Source: Euglena gracilis (taxonomy: Eukaryota). From it: a stretch of 64,000 nt of DNA. The number at the start of each line of letters is the position of its first letter. The stretch's first letter is position 1. The stretch is taken from contig CP154954.1 in assembly GCA_039621445.1 (NCBI GenBank), positions 7,876,634 to 7,940,633 of the forward strand, in the 5' to 3' direction. Below the pieces are notes generated by a model that was not told where the DNA came from, did not search any database, and saw nothing but the letters and a program-made list of their open reading frames with translations. Shown here in pieces: positions 60,908-64,000 of the stretch. A program made the translations under genes and the position numbers.

Positions 60908-61727
60908 GTACGATTCTTTGTGTGTGTGTTTTTGATTTATAGTTTCGTCACGTATACCAACCCGCAGCACATACCAAAAAAGACAACAACTCTGGAAGCA
61001 ATATTCAAGAAGAAGTGTCCGAAGTGTGGATGAGGGTTGTCTTCCCATCATATAAATATCATGTGTTCAGTTCTTGGTTTCACACAGTCCCAAAAATTAG
61101 TTAATTAATTAGTTAATTGAAAAAAAAATGTTAAAATACTGCCACAGAGCAATGGAAACCCGCGAAGTCACAAACTCTGAAACGGGAATGAACCTGAAAT
61201 GGAAGACGAAATGAGTTCCAGCCATTCCTTGAACGTTTCTATGGAAACCAGGCTTTTGCTTCTTTTTTTTTTTGCTATTTGGTTGCAATTTTGTCAATAT
61301 TTGCCAAACTTAACAAATTTTGGGGTTCCATTATTTCCCAATCTCTGAAAGGAAATTTTTTCAAATGAGAAATTTTTGAACCTTGGGCTTACTTGAGATC
61401 AACTTTTTTGTCAGTTTCTTGCCATATTCAAATTTTTTTTTCACCACATCCGAGTTCAACTGCAAAATGACAAAGATTGCCAGAAGGGAAATGAACACAT
61501 CAGTACAAATTTCAACCATGTCCCTCGCATATTGCCAATGCACTTCAATCTGCAGCTCATTCTCGACGACGATGCCATGGCAATTCTGCCAACACCAGTG
61601 TTTGTTATTAATAGTTTGGCCACTGGTAGGGACAGAGGGGAAGATGGCGGGCCCACTGGGGGAGATTTTGGGTCGCAGAAGCCCAGATTCAGGGAAAGCC
61701 AGCCCCGAGGGTTGTCAGCGGGAGTGG

Positions 61728-63200
61728 CAGGCATTATTTTTTTTTAAGGCGAGATTTCTCAAAAAATTTTAAGGCATTTTTTAAGGTTTTTTAAGGTTTT
61801 TTAAGGTTTTTTGAGGAATTTTAAATTTTTTTAAGGTTTTTTAAGGCATTTTTTTCCTCAGGTAAAATCTCAGACCCCGAAGATGGCCCGATGGCTTCAG
61901 ACTCCTGTGGCTTTGGAACGCCCAAGGAAGAAGCGTCGGGCGAAGCATGGGATCAGGGCGGTCCATGAGGGACTGTTATTGCCATTTTAGGCATTTTAGG
62001 AATTTTAGGCCATTTTAGCTATGGGTTCCTGCATATGGGTCCCAAAATGGGTCAAAAAAAAACACCCGGCGCCAAAGGCGCCGGAAAAATTATTTCGGGT
62101 CCAAAACTGCCCTGGAGGGGCAGTCCTTAAGGGGCAGTTAACTAAAAAAAAAAACCCGTCCCTGATGGACCGCCCTGACCCGTGCACCCACACCGGATAG
62201 CCTCATGAACACTGACAAAATCATCCAACTTTTTCATGTGAGCAATACCAAACGCGTGCCCATGCAGTGTGCCGCCATACACATTGCTCAAAACCTTGTT
62301 GCATGGATACAGAGTGGGTCACCTCGAAACGCGAAACTCGAAACCATCCATTTTTTTCATTGCAATTACTTTAAATTTCTGACCCTATTCAGGACATTTG
62401 CGTGCCTGTTGGCCTTAAATGGCCTAAAATGGCCTCAAATGGGGAAATTTTGGGGCTTGACCATAGGTGCTTGCCAAGGTTGACTGCTTGTTTTTTTTTT
62501 GAAACAAAAAAATGTTTTTTTTTAAATATGTGTTTAAAAAAAAGGCAACAAACAAAAGTCTGGAAAAATTTGAAAACGTCACTTTTTGATGACAAAAAAT
62601 TACTTTAGACCTTTTTCCTCAAAAAATGGCCATTAAACTCCCTCAAACCCCCATTTTTCACACCTTCCAAAAAACCTTTGAGATTTTTTAGTCAAAATCA
62701 ACATTTCTCAAAATTTTAATTTTGAGAGATTTTGGAAGCAAAAAAATGCCACTGAAAATCCAAAGAATTTCCAAGGGAAAAAATGTCAGTAAAATTTGAC
62801 TGTTCCAAAATTGGTCCCATTTTTTTGACCTCATTTTTTGACCCCCCTCCTAAAAACTAACAGTTTTCATCCCTAAAATTTTGGTGATTTTTTTGGAGGA
62901 AAATGTAATTTTCCATCAAAAAACCAACCATGCATTTTGGGTTCATTTTTCAACGTAATTTTCAAAAAAATTTCCCCTGCCAAAATCCCCTTTTCCTTAA
63001 TTTTTGGTTGAAGTGTATGAGGACAGGATTTTTAAGGTTTTTTAAGGTCATCACGGGGAAGAAAAAACTTCCCCGGGGTGATTTTTTAAGGTTTTTTAAG
63101 GTTTTTTAAAGTTTTTTAAGGCATTTTGGCAAAAAAAAATTTAAGGTTTTTTAAGGTTTTTTAAGGTTTTTTAAGGCGCCTTAAAAAATAATAATGCCTG
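61728..63200. mobile_element. TIR element with (TTTTTAAGG)n subterminal repeats interrupting a tandem repeat
   Basis: CAGGCATTATT...AATAATGCCTG; the flanks join to match the uninterrupted copy near 63880-63910; no TSD visible. Confidence 0.65.
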
Positions 63201-64000
63201 CTTGCGAGGACAAGCAGCAATTCAATTCTACTTTGAGGTGCAGTTGGAGGGGGTTGGGGTGAGGATTCTCTGGGGCAGCATACTCTCTCCAGAATGCGGT
63301 GTCCCGGCGGATGTGGTTGCAGCGAGCCGTTTGGACCCAAAAGCAGTGGCTGGGCGTCGTGCCTGGTGCCCATCCATTCGTTGCAGGGGCCGAGATAGCA
63401 GCGTGCACACCGCGGAACCCTCCACTTCTCGGAAACCCCACAGAATGCGGTGTCCCGGCGGATGTGGTTGCAGCGAGCCGTTTGGACCCAAAAGCAGTGG
63501 CTGGGCGTCGTATCTGGTGCCCATCCATTCGTTGCAGGGGCCGAGATAGCAGCGTGCACAGCGCGGAACCCTCCACTTCTCCACATTTATCCTGCCTGGT
63601 TTTTCCCCCCGCTTTGCGGTTTGTGTGACAAGAGTTACGCCGGTTATGGGGTGGGAAAATGCACGCACCAAACCGATTTTTGAGCATGCCCCACGCAGCT
63701 TGCCAATGCACTTCAATCTGCAGCTCATTCTCGACGATGATGCCATGGCAATTCTGCCAACACCAGTGTTTGTTATTAATAGTTTGGCCACCGGTAGGGA
63801 CAGAGGGAAAGGTGGCGGGCCCGCTGGGGGAGATTTTGGGTCGCCCAGATTCAGGGAAAGCCAGCCCCGAGGGTTGTCAGCGGGAGTGGCTGCGAGGACA
63901 AGCAGCAAGTCAATTCTATTATGGGGTGCAGTAGAAGGGGGTTGGGGTGAGGATTCTCTGGGACAGCATACTCTTCAGAATGCGGTGTCCCGGCGGATGT
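63200..64000 (+). repeat. Tandem/dispersed repeats (63290-63440 vs 63442-63580 vs 63977-end; 61532-61727 vs 63700-63890)
   Basis: Direct sequence identity. Confidence 0.85.

Noticed and set aside
61862-62483. Possible next IFT52 exon after cctcag
   Set aside because: No frame resembles IFT52 and the segment lies inside a TIR element; the gene probably continues beyond the window.

Overview
Eukaryotic, intron-rich genomic DNA, very probably from a euglenid. The evidence is GTGTG-type conventional donors plus non-GT-AG introns with the euglenid N3-C[A/G]G...C[T/C]G-N5 paired-end signature. Two genes lie head to head with their ATGs 173 nt apart. On the + strand is IFT52: six exons with GT-AG introns were reconstructed, and it is 3'-partial. 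On the - strand is a ~53 kb gene of 40 or more exons for a secreted or surface protein: signal peptide, choice-of-anchor-A-like domain, 6 LNR repeats interleaved with ~25 symmetric Ala/Pro/Thr-rich exons, then thrombospondin type-3 repeats (probably 3'-partial). I reconstructed six nonconventional introns in this gene by hand. The introns are full of MITEs that begin CAG, end CTG and have 8-bp target-site duplications (TSDs). The main observation is that one MITE (23233-23683, perfect TSD CCAACAAG) sits inside a coding exon. Cutting it by the nonconventional-intron rule (3 nt before CAG, 5 nt after CTG; 3+5 = 8) removes the element plus exactly one TSD and restores the reading frame. This suggests an intron-generating hAT-like transposon system whose TSD length explains the splice-site geometry. 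All splicing is inferred from DNA; no transcript evidence is available.
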